Positions 1-11,060 of a stretch of DNA of 64,000 nucleotides are shown in pieces. The stretch spans positions 27,253 to 91,252 of IMG/VR virus record IMGVR_UViG_3300028192_000001. The stretch is one strand, 5' to 3'. The notes below the pieces were generated by a model, which saw nothing but the letters and a program-made list of their open reading frames with translations, made no database searches and was not told the origin of the DNA. This DNA is from a virus. A program made the translations under genes and the position numbers. Within the stretch, counting starts at the first letter, position 1. Each line of letters begins with the position of its first letter.

Positions 1-496
1 CAAAAACAAGAAAATCCCAACGTGCTCTTCCACCACTCTCAACAAAAGCATGAAACGAACGTTCAACTAGTTTCCATTGCACATTTTGTCTATATAAATG
101 ATTTGTATCTTCGAGACCATCTACTGAAAATATCACTCTTCCGTGTGTCCCTAATACTTCTGCTAATTCATGCCACCAATGTTCATCTCTTGCACCTGCA
201 TTGGTATTCATGCTGAGCCACATAGTTGGATTATGTTTTCTAAAATATTTTAAAACTTCTAATGTATCTTCAGCAATAATAGGATCACCATGATTCCCAC
301 ACATCTGCATGGCTGTAAGTTGCTTAATAAATGTTGGTGAAAATATTTTTTGGGCGTCTTTTAATGTTAATTGATCTAAATGAAGATGAGGATTTAATGC
401 TCCACCGTTCATATTTCTGTCGCACATACTACACGCGGCTTGGCATTTTTGCGTAATTTCTAAATGAACTTGTCTAATGTCTTCTAGTTTATACAT
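1..496 (-). CDS. Radical SAM protein (partial, runs off window start; missing from ORF track)
   Basis: Read by hand: ATG at 496 preceded by AGGA; MYKLEDIRQVHLEITQKCQAACSMCDRNMNGG has the CxxxCxxC motif, followed by MCGNHGDP. Confidence 0.85.
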   Translation of the reverse strand, partial: MYKLEDIRQVHLEITQKCQAACSMCDRNMNGGALNPHLHLDQLTLKDAQKIFSPTFIKQLTAMQMCGNHGDPIIAEDTLEVLKYFRKHNPTMWLSMNTNAGARDEHWWHELAEVLGTHGRVIFSVDGLEDTNHLYRQNVQWKLVERSFHAFVESGGRARWDFLVF

Positions 497-561
497 AATA
501 ATCCTGAGTTATTACAACCTAATCTTATTGCAAGATTAAAGATTTTTTTACTCGTTTGTAT

Positions 562-786
562 TTATTTGGACAAAATTAGTTTTACAGTTTTACCAGGTCC
601 TGTTTTAGATGGCAAATCTCCATGTTTTGATATGTAATCGGCCAGTATTGCTTTGTACCAATTTTGGCTATCATGATGAGCCATTTTATTAAATTTTGAC
701 AGATTATTACTAGTTGCATCAAACGTTGCTAATGCTCTTGCACTTTCTTGTTGTAATTCTCGTAATGTTAAATTATCTAATTCCAA
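562..786 (-). CDS. Hypothetical protein
   Basis: 74-aa ORF overlapping the upstream gene's stop, same operon. Confidence 0.7.
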   Translation of the reverse strand: MELDNLTLRELQQESARALATFDATSNNLSKFNKMAHHDSQNWYKAILADYISKHGDLPSKTGPGKTVKLILSK

Positions 787-1498
787 TTCTCATAAACCTA
801 TTATATTTTATTAAATCTAGAACTCCTTCATACAAACACTCCGACATTGGTGTTTGTTTTGCAAATTCTGAAAGATTTTTAGAACAATTTACGTGTTCAG
901 GTAAAGAAAAATAATCATTTGATTGTACACAAATAAGTTTTCCTTTTGGCAATTTACTATACCAGTCTGCAAAATTTTCTATATGTTCACATGATGTATT
1001 AATAAATGTATCGGGTACATCATATAATTCTCGTGCTTGACCATCTGCTCTATGTGTAGTGTAAGTATGTCCTGTATAATTTATATTATGAATATCTTGA
1101 GTTACGGCTTTAAATTTCCAGTCGTCTAATACGTGATCTCTATTTGATGTATCTGCTATATTCACACATGAAGGATCTATATCGAATGATCTTATTTTTC
1201 CAATATTAAGTTTACTATTAAACATCATTAATGCCAAACTAGCATACCATCCACCACATATAAAAACAGTTTTTAATTCTATATCTAATTGTTCTAATTT
1301 AGATATTAACCATATTTTACTATCAAGTTGTCCTCTACTTAAAACATCTAACCAATTAACATTAGGATATGCATTCATAACTTTACCCAATCGTTGTATA
1401 ATAGGATACCAATTCAATTTTAAATCAGATTTTTCCTCTGAATGCATAGCATAAGATATATTGCGTAAAATATCTGCTGTTAGTTTATAATCTGTCAT
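773..1498 (-). CDS. Class I SAM-dependent methyltransferase-like protein
   Basis: VFICGGWYA glycine motif, IRSFDIDP acidic motif II, INTSCEH. Confidence 0.7.
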   Translation of the reverse strand: MTDYKLTADILRNISYAMHSEEKSDLKLNWYPIIQRLGKVMNAYPNVNWLDVLSRGQLDSKIWLISKLEQLDIELKTVFICGGWYASLALMMFNSKLNIGKIRSFDIDPSCVNIADTSNRDHVLDDWKFKAVTQDIHNINYTGHTYTTHRADGQARELYDVPDTFINTSCEHIENFADWYSKLPKGKLICVQSNDYFSLPEHVNCSKNLSEFAKQTPMSECLYEGVLDLIKYNRFMRIGIR

Positions 1499-2177
1499 AC
1501 TGTTTTTTTATCCAATTAAAATCATTTATTTTGTTTAATGCTTCAATATTTCCTCTATTCTTATAACCATACTCACGTCCTGCATTTGCTCCAGCAATAG
1601 CATATTTGCCATGCGGTTTTTTTATTCCTATTGTACACCAAATATCTAATCTTTCTTCTGTCTCCTCGTTTTTTTGATTATCAATAATTTTACTAGACAA
1701 TTTAGTACATTCTCTAAATGCCGACTTCCATGTATTATATGGATCAGTATTAAAAGCAGTAACATTTGAAACTTGTGGCATTAACATAAATTTTGAACTT
1801 ATACTAGTTGTCATATCAGGACTTGTCATATCCATTTCGATAGTTTTTATTCTAGGAAATAATTTTACACCACCATATCCGTATACTAAATCATTTATTG
1901 GATTAATGCATCTCCAAACATGAACCATATCTTCGTCCCATGATTCTGGAAGATAAGAAAAATCAAAATTATCAAGAATAATAGCATCAGCATCAATAAT
2001 CCAAAACATTTTTGTCCAACACATTTTTGCTCCTACTATATGTGCTTGACGCAGACCTTTAACATTGTCTACTCTCTTTAACATTGGAAACCTACTTAAT
2101 GCTTTTTGCCAATTTTCTTCTTTTTCTTTTTCTTTATATCCAATAAAAACTATATCATACATTCTTTGTATCACCAT
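1485..2177 (-). CDS. GT-A fold glycosyltransferase-like protein
   Basis: FWIIDADA (DxD), YGYGGVKLFP, AFRE; paralogue of 7925..8851. True start may be the internal MYDIVF. Confidence 0.6.
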   Translation of the reverse strand: MVIQRMYDIVFIGYKEKEKEENWQKALSRFPMLKRVDNVKGLRQAHIVGAKMCWTKMFWIIDADAIILDNFDFSYLPESWDEDMVHVWRCINPINDLVYGYGGVKLFPRIKTIEMDMTSPDMTTSISSKFMLMPQVSNVTAFNTDPYNTWKSAFRECTKLSSKIIDNQKNEETEERLDIWCTIGIKKPHGKYAIAGANAGREYGYKNRGNIEALNKINDFNWIKKQYDRL

Positions 2178-3309
2178 AATAAACTACATTTTTGGCTTTA
2201 GGATAAGATCTCCATGGATCAAATATAGTAACTGAATCATTATTAGTAATATTATCTTGTTCGTGAACTCTAACAATTACATTATTTGTTTCACACATAT
2301 TAATTACATCCGTTATTGTTCCACCTAGTTCTTTAATATAATGTTGCACTAATAATGAATAAGAACCGTCTGTTATAGTTGTATTAGGCTTATATGTATT
2401 TGATGTAAAAAATACATTTTTTCCATATTTTAATATTTCCTTTGCCATATTCTTTGCCTGCGTTTCTCTTGACTTCATTATAGCACTGAACAAATCATAA
2501 TGCAAATCTAATTTATTTGCCAAATACCTTAAAGCAATATTATCGCGAGGATGACAAGGTCCTCCATCACCCATTCCTGCTTTCATATATTTTGCACTTA
2601 TAATTCTTTGCGTACTTTTTGCTAATGCTTTGGTTACTACATCAACATTCATATTACCAATTTTAACAGCAACATCTTGAATCATGTTTACCAAGGAAAC
2701 TTTTGCACTAATAAAAGTATTATAAAATATTTTAATTGCTTCTGCTTCTTCCCAAGTGCCAAACTCAACACGTGGTTTGTTATCACAAATCATTGTATAA
2801 AAGTTTAATAAATTTTGTGCTCTAGTGGCAGTAGCCTGAACGCCTTTCATTGTACCAACAATAATCATTTCAGGGTTAAGCATATCCCAACCTACAGAAC
2901 CCATAGCAATCAAATAAGGATTATAAATTAGTTTTGTATTTGTAATTAATGGAGCAAGTTCTCTTCTAATAGTACCTGGTAGTACTGTTGATATTAATGC
3001 AAGGACTTGTTCTTGTCTAATGTATTTGTTGCACTCTGTTAAAACTTCTTTTACTGAATCGTAATTAAAGTCCTTAGGAGGAAGATGACTTGTTGGTGCT
3101 TGTCCATCATATCCTTCTTCATGCGGAGTAGGTGTTGCTACTAATATAATATCCGATTGTTCAACTACTTCTTGTATTGAATCTTTTATATCTATCTTTG
3201 TACTTTGTTTAGGTATGATGTCATATCCGTGTACATGGTAACCTTTGTCTGCAACTGCTTCTGCACATGGCATACCCAATTTACCTAAACCTATAAATCC
3301 TATTAACAT
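2155..3309 (-). CDS. ugd: UDP-glucose/GDP-mannose 6-dehydrogenase family protein
   Basis: N-terminal GLGKLG Rossmann motif, STVLPGT, EAIKIFYNTF, catalytic GGPCHPRD. Confidence 0.9.
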   Translation of the reverse strand: MLIGFIGLGKLGMPCAEAVADKGYHVHGYDIIPKQSTKIDIKDSIQEVVEQSDIILVATPTPHEEGYDGQAPTSHLPPKDFNYDSVKEVLTECNKYIRQEQVLALISTVLPGTIRRELAPLITNTKLIYNPYLIAMGSVGWDMLNPEMIIVGTMKGVQATATRAQNLLNFYTMICDNKPRVEFGTWEEAEAIKIFYNTFISAKVSLVNMIQDVAVKIGNMNVDVVTKALAKSTQRIISAKYMKAGMGDGGPCHPRDNIALRYLANKLDLHYDLFSAIMKSRETQAKNMAKEILKYGKNVFFTSNTYKPNTTITDGSYSLLVQHYIKELGGTITDVINMCETNNVIVRVHEQDNITNNDSVTIFDPWRSYPKAKNVVYYGDTKNV

Positions 3310-4824
3310 TTAAGAATTTCTTAAAATACCCATGATACTATCATGTAAATTTTTTTCTAACTCTCCGCCTCGTTTCATTAAATTATTATGATTTTCTTCT
3401 CGTATAGAACTACATTCATCAAATAATTCTTGTTTAGAAGATTTTCGTTTAGCAACCCATTTTATTACTTCATCACATACTTCATTTATTCTTCTCCAGT
3501 TGCCTTTTACATTATCATAATTTTCATTAAACATATTTGGAAATGTACTATATCCTAAACTATGCAATCTTTTTAAAGTACCTTGCTGTCCAACAACAAG
3601 GAAAGGACGTTTATAAAATATTGCTTTAAATGTTTTTTCACTTATAAACAAATCCTGATCAATATCACTGCGAGGCTTGTAACCAGTCCCTCCATCACGT
3701 TCTACTCTCGTTTCAGTTATAACGTGAATCCAGGCTTTAAGATATTTTTTGGCATCCATATCTTTATTAGGATTTGCACCTTTAAGAATATTATGTTTAT
3801 CATTTTTAATTATAAACGGCAATTTTGGTTCAATTTTTAATTTAAATTTTTTTGCAAGTGGACCAATCCTTGGAGTGTATTTTTGTGTAAGTTGCTCTTC
3901 TCTTATTCTTTTTATTTCTTCATCTGAATACGCCCAAAATACTTCCCCGGTTGATGGCTTTCTCCAATACCATTTTTTTGCTCTCCCAAGTTTTCCTTTT
4001 ATTAAATTTCCATCTTCATCAAGTTCATTAGGAAGTGCTTGTTGCTCTATCGTCTCATCTACATTCAACTCACCATACCAATCTTCTTCAGGTACTACTG
4101 AGGCACGAGGTGTTGGTAACTCTTTAATCTCTGCTCTTTTAAAATGATTATAATGATCATTATAAGGTTTTGATGCTAATGCTAGATCATACTGTAAATC
4201 TGTATATCTAGAACCTTTATTTAAATGTGTAATAACTCCAAGTGCCTTATAATCAAATAATCGAGTAATTGTTAAAAAACGATGCCAAGCAGGTCTTCTA
4301 TTCAAACATAAAAACATATCACTAGGCTGAAAACGTTTATCTTTTGATAATCTATCAACCTTTTTATAATAACATTCATGCCATTGCCATTCTAGTTTAT
4401 TTGCATGAAGACAAAAATAATTTGTATCTTTGAATTCTTCTGCAGATGCAGTTATAAAAATAAAATGCTTTTCTTCTAACCAATTATGTGTTTCTTTTAG
4501 TACTGAAAATATTCTTTTAAATGCTCTATCGTTCCAATTTTCCATCCACCCAAACAATACAATTTTGCAACGATTTTTCTTAATTGCATTATACGTCTCT
4601 TTTGGTATCCTATATAAACTTAAAATCTTTTTTTCTGCAACTAACGGATGCCTTAATTCAAATAATATTATAAAATTACTCAATGAGAGATCTTGCGTTG
4701 GTTGAAAATATTTTTTTAATTCAAATTCTCTTACTTTTTCATGCATTTCAGGATATCCTTTTGGATATAATATCCAACCGTCTTTTAAATAATTTTCTTT
4801 ATTTTTAACGTAATAATAAATCAT
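3310..4824 (-). CDS. Putative glycosyltransferase-like protein (GT10-like C-terminus)
   Basis: FLCLNRRP..HR and C-terminal HVITET...FISEKTFKAI..RPFLVVG...LGYSTF...NYD pattern typical of phage glycan-cluster proteins. Confidence 0.5.
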   Translation of the reverse strand: MIYYYVKNKENYLKDGWILYPKGYPEMHEKVREFELKKYFQPTQDLSLSNFIILFELRHPLVAEKKILSLYRIPKETYNAIKKNRCKIVLFGWMENWNDRAFKRIFSVLKETHNWLEEKHFIFITASAEEFKDTNYFCLHANKLEWQWHECYYKKVDRLSKDKRFQPSDMFLCLNRRPAWHRFLTITRLFDYKALGVITHLNKGSRYTDLQYDLALASKPYNDHYNHFKRAEIKELPTPRASVVPEEDWYGELNVDETIEQQALPNELDEDGNLIKGKLGRAKKWYWRKPSTGEVFWAYSDEEIKRIREEQLTQKYTPRIGPLAKKFKLKIEPKLPFIIKNDKHNILKGANPNKDMDAKKYLKAWIHVITETRVERDGGTGYKPRSDIDQDLFISEKTFKAIFYKRPFLVVGQQGTLKRLHSLGYSTFPNMFNENYDNVKGNWRRINEVCDEVIKWVAKRKSSKQELFDECSSIREENHNNLMKRGGELEKNLHDSIMGILRNS

Positions 4825-5611
4825 TTTCTTTTATATACTTGTATACCTCCATTGCAAAAATATCTTGACCTTCCTGACCTATATGATGATTCCGATTCCA
4901 AACAGTAGAAGAATCATTAGTAAATCTATCGTAATAACAACCATCACCCGCACCTCCCTTATAAATTCTTTTTATATTAAGCAGTTTATAAAGTCCAAGT
5001 AATCTTTTATCTTTTTTAATTGTTTTTATAGCAAATGGAAACAACATATTAATGAAAAGATATGGAACTTCATGTTTTTCCAAAAAAGATTGTAACGTAA
5101 AATGTTGTAATAACATTCTATACTGTATTTCTGTCCATTTACCCCAATCTGTTTTAAGTAATTCTTTATACATTATTTCGTGTTCTGGTTTCATTGGTAT
5201 ACTATTACGAGATTCTTTTGCACCAATCAACCCAGGAATAAACATATAATGACCAGCAACGCCTCTATTAATGACAAAAGGCTTTCCTGGATCATCTGAT
5301 TTTAAAAATAACCTATCTGCACCTGTCCACCCGATTATAACAAAAATGTTTGATTTATTTTTTGCTTCATTTATAAATCTTATTGTGTGTTCTAAGATAT
5401 GATCATTACTGGACCCTGGAACAGCATTGTTTATAATCTTTAATATTCCTAACTTTCTTCCTACATTATTTGCCCATGAGTCATAATAGCATTTAGCAGG
5501 TATCTCGGTAAGTCCAACATCTTGATCGAAACAATTTTTATTGTCTTCCCAAGATTTTAATTCACTCCCGGCAGTATGACTACACCCATGAATAAAAAAA
5601 TTTTCTATCAT
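4805..5611 (-). CDS. SGNH/GDSL-like hydrolase or acyltransferase
   Basis: HGCSHTAG (Ser block I), NAVPGSSN, IGWT, C-terminal HHIG. Start moved to ATG at 5611 (ATGA overlap with upstream stop). Confidence 0.6.
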   Translation of the reverse strand: MIENFFIHGCSHTAGSELKSWEDNKNCFDQDVGLTEIPAKCYYDSWANNVGRKLGILKIINNAVPGSSNDHILEHTIRFINEAKNKSNIFVIIGWTGADRLFLKSDDPGKPFVINRGVAGHYMFIPGLIGAKESRNSIPMKPEHEIMYKELLKTDWGKWTEIQYRMLLQHFTLQSFLEKHEVPYLFINMLFPFAIKTIKKDKRLLGLYKLLNIKRIYKGGAGDGCYYDRFTNDSSTVWNRNHHIGQEGQDIFAMEVYKYIKENDLLLR

Positions 5612-6585
5612 ATTTTTTCTTTTGTTATTAATACATCTGATGCACAATGACATCTATTTCTTTTACAAATAACTGAAGAAGTAGGCCATATAATTTGATC
5701 TGGTTTATTAATATCACCTATTGCCCCTTCTTGCATACAATTAGCCAAATAAACTTTACCTGACCATTGTATAAAAAAACTTTCTAACCCCAGATTACAT
5801 TTCCATCCTTTAAAGTTAGATTTTCCTGCATTAATTAATTCTTGCTCTCTGCCGTATGAATTTATAACTTCACCGTCTGCAAAGTGAATATCTGATCTAT
5901 CATCAATCTTCTGTGTAAAATATGTTTTAACACCAAGTTCATTTGTTCTTTCTATACCTGTTGTAGATGTATACTCCTTAAACCATTTTAACTGTTCTTC
6001 TGTATAATGGTGACCTTTACCTCTTTTAGTCCATTTTAAAACTTTTACTGCTTCTACTGTTATATTTTTATGCGGTTTACAAGATTCTAAAAACTTTAAT
6101 CCTTTATCCCAAAATCTCCCATCCATCATTACTCTAAGATTTATTGGTGTTATATTAGCAATTGATAATGCTTTTTCTAAGAAGTCTTTATCTTCATAAC
6201 TTGGATGATAACTTGCACTACAATATGCTAGATACGGAGCAAGAGATTGCATATATCTTGATGTCCTTGCAAGGTTTGTTGTTATGCCAACTTTATTACC
6301 AGCATCATGAATCATTTTACAAAAGTCTAATAAAAAAGGACTTAATGTAGGTTCGCCCCCTGATATTGCTACTTGCAATTTGTCATACTTTGAAAGTAAT
6401 GTTTGCCAAAATTGTTTTGCATTACTCCATTCATAATTATGATTACTACCATTATGTAAACTTGTCGGACAATATTCACAAGCATTGGTACAAATATTAT
6501 TAATAACCCAAGTGATCAACATTAAGTTATTAGTTCGTCTTTGTATTTTTACAACTGGACTTTGATTATCTTTCAAATTTCTCAT
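5608..6585 (-). CDS. Radical SAM protein with C-terminal Cys cluster
   Basis: CTNACEYC, SGGEPTL, C-terminal C..C...CxCxxD. Confidence 0.85.
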   Translation of the reverse strand: MRNLKDNQSPVVKIQRRTNNLMLITWVINNICTNACEYCPTSLHNGSNHNYEWSNAKQFWQTLLSKYDKLQVAISGGEPTLSPFLLDFCKMIHDAGNKVGITTNLARTSRYMQSLAPYLAYCSASYHPSYEDKDFLEKALSIANITPINLRVMMDGRFWDKGLKFLESCKPHKNITVEAVKVLKWTKRGKGHHYTEEQLKWFKEYTSTTGIERTNELGVKTYFTQKIDDRSDIHFADGEVINSYGREQELINAGKSNFKGWKCNLGLESFFIQWSGKVYLANCMQEGAIGDINKPDQIIWPTSSVICKRNRCHCASDVLITKEKI

Positions 6586-7891
6586 ATGCTTCTTCGTAAA
6601 TGCCTGGATACATTTTTCTCACATCTTCCAATTCCGGAATAACTGCAAACACACTCTCTTTTCTAATTTTATCTAATTTTGCGTGTTTGTTTAAAAATAA
6701 TCTAGCATACGCAGGATTATGAGGTAATGTTAGTCCGTGCATAATTTCTTTTAATTTAGGTGTTGGATCGTATTCATATTTTTCTTTATAATCTTCAATC
6801 CAAAACTTATATCTTTCTAATATTTCTTTTTTAAATTTGTCGCTTAAAATTGTTACGTGTTGATCTTCTGGCCAATGAACAAAATTCAAAAACCAATTAT
6901 TGTACTTTACTTTCCAGGTATTGGTAGTTACAGCATAATTGTCATGTACCAATCCCATTTTAATAAAATGATCTATTATAGCAGGTAATCTAAAAACATT
7001 TAAAGCACCTACAGTTATACCAGGCTGTATATGAATGCTCTTATTCAAACCGATAAGAGTTTGAATATTTTTTTCTACCCTTGACCAAACTGTGCCTGAT
7101 CTTACAAGTTCTGCTCTTTCACCGAATTCATCTAAACTTGGCCATATTTCAATCTTACCCGGCTCCCATAACTTCCAATAATCTAAAACACTTTTTCCTT
7201 TATGTTCTAGTTTTGTTGTATTGGTATTATACATTATTCTAACATCAAAACGTTTATGCTTTTTAAGTAATTCTAAAATATACCAATGATCGTCCATCAT
7301 CATTGGTTCTCCACCAGCAAAATAAATTCTTTCTACGTGCTGTATTTGATCTTCTAGAAATGCTAACTTTGATTGCCCATCAACTTCTTGTACAACATTT
7401 AATCCTTTTTTATTTTGTCCATATCGTTTTTTACCCCAAATTCTAATTGCATCTGGTACCCAAGAAGAACTATGCTTTGGCCCACAACTTCTACATTTTA
7501 AATTACAAATATTACTAAACCTCATATCCCAATATTTTAATCTCATCTCAGGAACCGTACCATCAGGTAATGTAATATGCTCTACTTCTTTCATTACACT
7601 TTTATATGATTTGTTATTATGCTGTCTATTGCTGGTCATTCCTCTATCTTCCATATTCCAGCATCTAGTACAAATTTTAGAACGTTCTCCAGAAAGCATT
7701 TGAAGCCTTAACTTCTTTTGCTTCTCACTATTCCATATATCTTTGATAGAATCTTTGCTTAAATCACCTAAATTATAATTATAAGGTGAAGTTAAACAAC
7801 ACGGTATAACCTTATTATGTGGTTCAAATTGTAAATGAACCCAAGGTATAATACAAAAACTTTTAGATTTTTTAAGATCATCATATTTCAT
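6566..7891 (-). CDS. Radical SAM protein with N-terminal SPASM/twitch domain
   Basis: FCIIPW...PCC...CTRC N-terminal domain, CNLKCRSC, FAGGEP. Confidence 0.9.
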   Translation of the reverse strand: MKYDDLKKSKSFCIIPWVHLQFEPHNKVIPCCLTSPYNYNLGDLSKDSIKDIWNSEKQKKLRLQMLSGERSKICTRCWNMEDRGMTSNRQHNNKSYKSVMKEVEHITLPDGTVPEMRLKYWDMRFSNICNLKCRSCGPKHSSSWVPDAIRIWGKKRYGQNKKGLNVVQEVDGQSKLAFLEDQIQHVERIYFAGGEPMMMDDHWYILELLKKHKRFDVRIMYNTNTTKLEHKGKSVLDYWKLWEPGKIEIWPSLDEFGERAELVRSGTVWSRVEKNIQTLIGLNKSIHIQPGITVGALNVFRLPAIIDHFIKMGLVHDNYAVTTNTWKVKYNNWFLNFVHWPEDQHVTILSDKFKKEILERYKFWIEDYKEKYEYDPTPKLKEIMHGLTLPHNPAYARLFLNKHAKLDKIRKESVFAVIPELEDVRKMYPGIYEEAYEKFER

Positions 7892-7897
7892 TACTAA

Positions 7898-7903
7898 TAT
7901 TTA
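7898..7903 (-). promoter_or_regulatory. T4-type late promoter core TAAATA, 6 nt before ATG (leaderless)
   Basis: Minus strand cgtTAAATAttagtaATG; no SD. Confidence 0.6.
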
Positions 7904-7924
7904 ACGAAAATTAAGTACGTAGAT

Positions 7925-8851
7925 TTAGTTTTTTTTAACTATAAAACTCTCAACGCCTCTAATTGGGTTTTGATATACTTGTTTAAAAAACTTACTCTGT
8001 GTTGCTGTTAAAGGATTAATACCAATCGGGATTTCAACCTCATTAACTAATATTTCTCCTAACCTTTTTATTTCGTCTTCAATATTATTTGAATTAAATT
8101 TTGCTGACTGTTCTTCCCACATATTATTCAAATACTTAAAATCTCTTGTATGAACGATATCCCAATCTGTACACATTGTCATATATGTTCCTAGCCTAGC
8201 ACCATAAATTGCCCATATTCCATTCTCAATATCGCTACCAACCATTTGCCAAATATACATTCTGTTTAAATTTTTCCAATGATTTTTTTTAAAATCGTTG
8301 ATGTTAACTCTAACTCCTCTATCTAACGACATTTTAACACCTTCTCTAAATCCTGCTCTCCAAGACTGTGCTGGTGTATAATTATTATACACATCACTAT
8401 ACGTCTGATTTGTTTGAAGATATCTAATGTCCCAACAAAAATCTATCTGTGAGTGAGGATCATTGGGATCAGCATTTTCATGAGTTTTCATATCTAAAAC
8501 ATATTGCTTTGGCCAACATTTAAGTCCACCATTTCCATAAATTAATCCATTTACAACATTATATCCACACCAACTAATAACACTATTGGCTAAATCTGTT
8601 TTTTCATCAAACTCAATTTCAACATCAAGCCATTTTGGATTAATAATATTATCACCATCTACTGTTGTAAATCTTTCTGTCTCTGTTTGTTCTGCACAGG
8701 CTTTATGTGCCGCATCTGACCCTTCTACTCCGTGGACTCTTTTTACCCATGGAATCTTATTACAAATGTCTGCATAATTCTTTTCAGCATTTGGTTCATC
8801 ATAACTTAGATAAAAAACATCATGGTCTCTTACATAAAATTTCTTAGTCAT
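7925..8851 (-). CDS. GT-A fold glycosyltransferase-like protein
   Basis: FTTVDGDN (DxD), YGNGGLKCWP, AWRAGFREG-like motif; paralogue of 1485..2177. Confidence 0.6.
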   Translation of the reverse strand: MTKKFYVRDHDVFYLSYDEPNAEKNYADICNKIPWVKRVHGVEGSDAAHKACAEQTETERFTTVDGDNIINPKWLDVEIEFDEKTDLANSVISWCGYNVVNGLIYGNGGLKCWPKQYVLDMKTHENADPNDPHSQIDFCWDIRYLQTNQTYSDVYNNYTPAQSWRAGFREGVKMSLDRGVRVNINDFKKNHWKNLNRMYIWQMVGSDIENGIWAIYGARLGTYMTMCTDWDIVHTRDFKYLNNMWEEQSAKFNSNNIEDEIKRLGEILVNEVEIPIGINPLTATQSKFFKQVYQNPIRGVESFIVKKN

Positions 8852-9392
8852 TTTCTCTCACGTGATAATAATCGTTATATATTTTTTTACAAAACACACT
8901 AATATTTAAGTTTACTGACTCAACATCTTCAATTTCATACTTTTCTTTTAATAAATCAATTTTTAATTCATTATGTAATAGATTTGGATTATCTTTTCCG
9001 GTAACATAAAACATTTGATACAAATTTTTATTAGAAATAGTTTTCAAAGCATTTAGAATATCTCCTTGTACTACAAGTTTCCATTTTCTTCTTTTTATGT
9101 CTTGAACTAAATTAATACCGTCTTGTACTTTTTCTACTACAGGTATTTGATATATTGTATGAGATGCTGGTGTTTCATTTACACTTTCTTCTAAATTTCC
9201 AAATCCTACTTCATTAATAACATATTTTTTTAACTTATCGTCATATACTACTAAAAATTGATTTAAACTTTTTGTTCCGTTTTTAATTTCATTAGAAAGA
9301 GTATCGTCAATTTCTATACAAGTTCCTTCTTGCGTAGGTCCTACTGTTAGAGGAACTCCTGACTCTGATTTAAACTGCAAGTACTGTTTCAT
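8844..9392 (-). CDS. Hypothetical protein
   Basis: Coupled ORF within operon. Confidence 0.7.
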   Translation of the reverse strand: MKQYLQFKSESGVPLTVGPTQEGTCIEIDDTLSNEIKNGTKSLNQFLVVYDDKLKKYVINEVGFGNLEESVNETPASHTIYQIPVVEKVQDGINLVQDIKRRKWKLVVQGDILNALKTISNKNLYQMFYVTGKDNPNLLHNELKIDLLKEKYEIEDVESVNLNISVFCKKIYNDYYHVREND

Positions 9393-10209
9393 TTGCTTCT
9401 TCTAATTGTTTTATTAAATAATCTGTTAAAAATCCTTTTTCAACATAATGTATTATTCCATTTTGTTTATAGTTTCCAATATAAAAATTATTTTTACTAA
9501 AATTTAAAGTAACTGCTGTACTTGATTTTACATAATCAAATTTCCATCCTTGGTGTTTTGGTTTTAAATGAACTACATTTATAAAAGAATCTTTTGCTGT
9601 AATTTCATCTTCATTACATAAAAGTTTTGATGTAATAGCAGAACTAACATCCATACTACACCATTTTTGTTTTTTCGTTGGTGTATATTTGTCATAAAAT
9701 AATTTCCAATTCTCAATAACTAATCGTTGCATTCTATAAAATAATGCCGCTTCTTCCGATTTCTCAAAATAATGTATTGTATTATATAAATTTGGCAATT
9801 GATTTCTAACAAACACTTTTCTATATACAACAGACCTGTCAATTACACCTCTATATGTTCTAATAGCAGATGAATAAAAAATCATATAATTTTTTAAATA
9901 TTTCCACCAACCATCTAAATTTTCAGTTACTAAAGTATCAGCATCTAATACTATTGTTTTCAAATATGGTGAAATATCAAATGCATTTATTCTGTCTTCA
10001 GCATTTAATATACTTCTTGGTTGAATTTTATTAAAAATTACATCATCAAGTACTTTTTTATATCTATCACTTACTTCTGTGTTTGTAACAACTGTAATAT
10101 GGGCATTTGGGTTAAACAATTTAATTGATAATCCTAGAGCATATGCTTGTTTTAGATAATTTGTTTTCCAAGTATTGTTTGCGTATATTAAAAATCCTTT
10201 TTCTATCAT
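9370..10209 (-). CDS. GT8-like glycosyltransferase
   Basis: KGFLIYA, SPY..TIVLDAD (DxD); paralogue of next gene. Confidence 0.65.
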   Translation of the reverse strand: MIEKGFLIYANNTWKTNYLKQAYALGLSIKLFNPNAHITVVTNTEVSDRYKKVLDDVIFNKIQPRSILNAEDRINAFDISPYLKTIVLDADTLVTENLDGWWKYLKNYMIFYSSAIRTYRGVIDRSVVYRKVFVRNQLPNLYNTIHYFEKSEEAALFYRMQRLVIENWKLFYDKYTPTKKQKWCSMDVSSAITSKLLCNEDEITAKDSFINVVHLKPKHQGWKFDYVKSSTAVTLNFSKNNFYIGNYKQNGIIHYVEKGFLTDYLIKQLEEANETVLAV

Positions 10210-11060
10210 ATCCCTTGTCTTTCAATTAGTTGTTCTAATCCAATCTTATTCATTACATGAACATTTAAATCTTTAGTTGTTGCTACTGAATAATTTGAGT
10301 TGTCATTAGGAAGAGTACACAAAAAAGTAAACTCATCATCTTTAAAATCTTCTACTAAATCTCTATCAAAAATATAATATAAACTACCAGGAGGGTTTGT
10401 TGGCCAGTGTGTACTACTTTCAAAACCATTCATAATATGAATAGCAATACTAAATGCAAAATCGTTTCTAAAATTTCTCCCTGATATTTGATATATCCAT
10501 CTATAATAATTCCAATTTTCTTTTATGTACTTTAATAACTCAAAAAATGTCTCCATTTTTTTATTTTTTTTAAAATAAAATACAGTTGCCCAATACATTT
10601 CAATAGATGTATCACTAACATATCTTATCTCCCATGGTTTTCCGTATGGATTTATATAAAGAGAATCCTTCCAAATCATAAAATCATCATTTAATTTAAA
10701 ACAATTTAATAATAAATCATTTCCTACAATATAATCAGTGTCCATAACAATAGTTTCGTCATAGGGTGTTAAATTATATGCATCTGATCTATTAAAATTA
10801 TTCCATTGTAATTTTTTTGAAACTTGTCTGCCATCACGAAAAGTTTTACGTTGATATACTTGAATTTTTTCTGCAGAAATAACTTTATCAAATATATCAA
10901 TTAAATGTGAATATTTTGTTTGTAAGTGTTTTTCAGAATCGGTTATTAATGAAACTGGAAGATTTAAATGCTTTTTAATATGTTTTGCACAAAAAATCGC
11001 TTGCCTTACATAATCAATTTCATCATTGTTATTGGCAAATAATATTACACCTTTAGTCAT
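10206..11060 (-). CDS. GT8-like glycosyltransferase
   Basis: KGVILFA, TPYDETIVMDTD (DxD), FRNDFAFSIA, HVMNK. Confidence 0.65.
   Translation of the reverse strand: MTKGVILFANNNDEIDYVRQAIFCAKHIKKHLNLPVSLITDSEKHLQTKYSHLIDIFDKVISAEKIQVYQRKTFRDGRQVSKKLQWNNFNRSDAYNLTPYDETIVMDTDYIVGNDLLLNCFKLNDDFMIWKDSLYINPYGKPWEIRYVSDTSIEMYWATVFYFKKNKKMETFFELLKYIKENWNYYRWIYQISGRNFRNDFAFSIAIHIMNGFESSTHWPTNPPGSLYYIFDRDLVEDFKDDEFTFLCTLPNDNSNYSVATTKDLNVHVMNKIGLEQLIERQGI

Noticed and set aside
22-216. Short ORFs antisense to, or nested in, long genes (22..216, 3749..4147, 17962..18411, 56415..57002, 58752..59279 and similar)
   Set aside because: Shadow frames of well-supported genes; no SD or recognisable motifs
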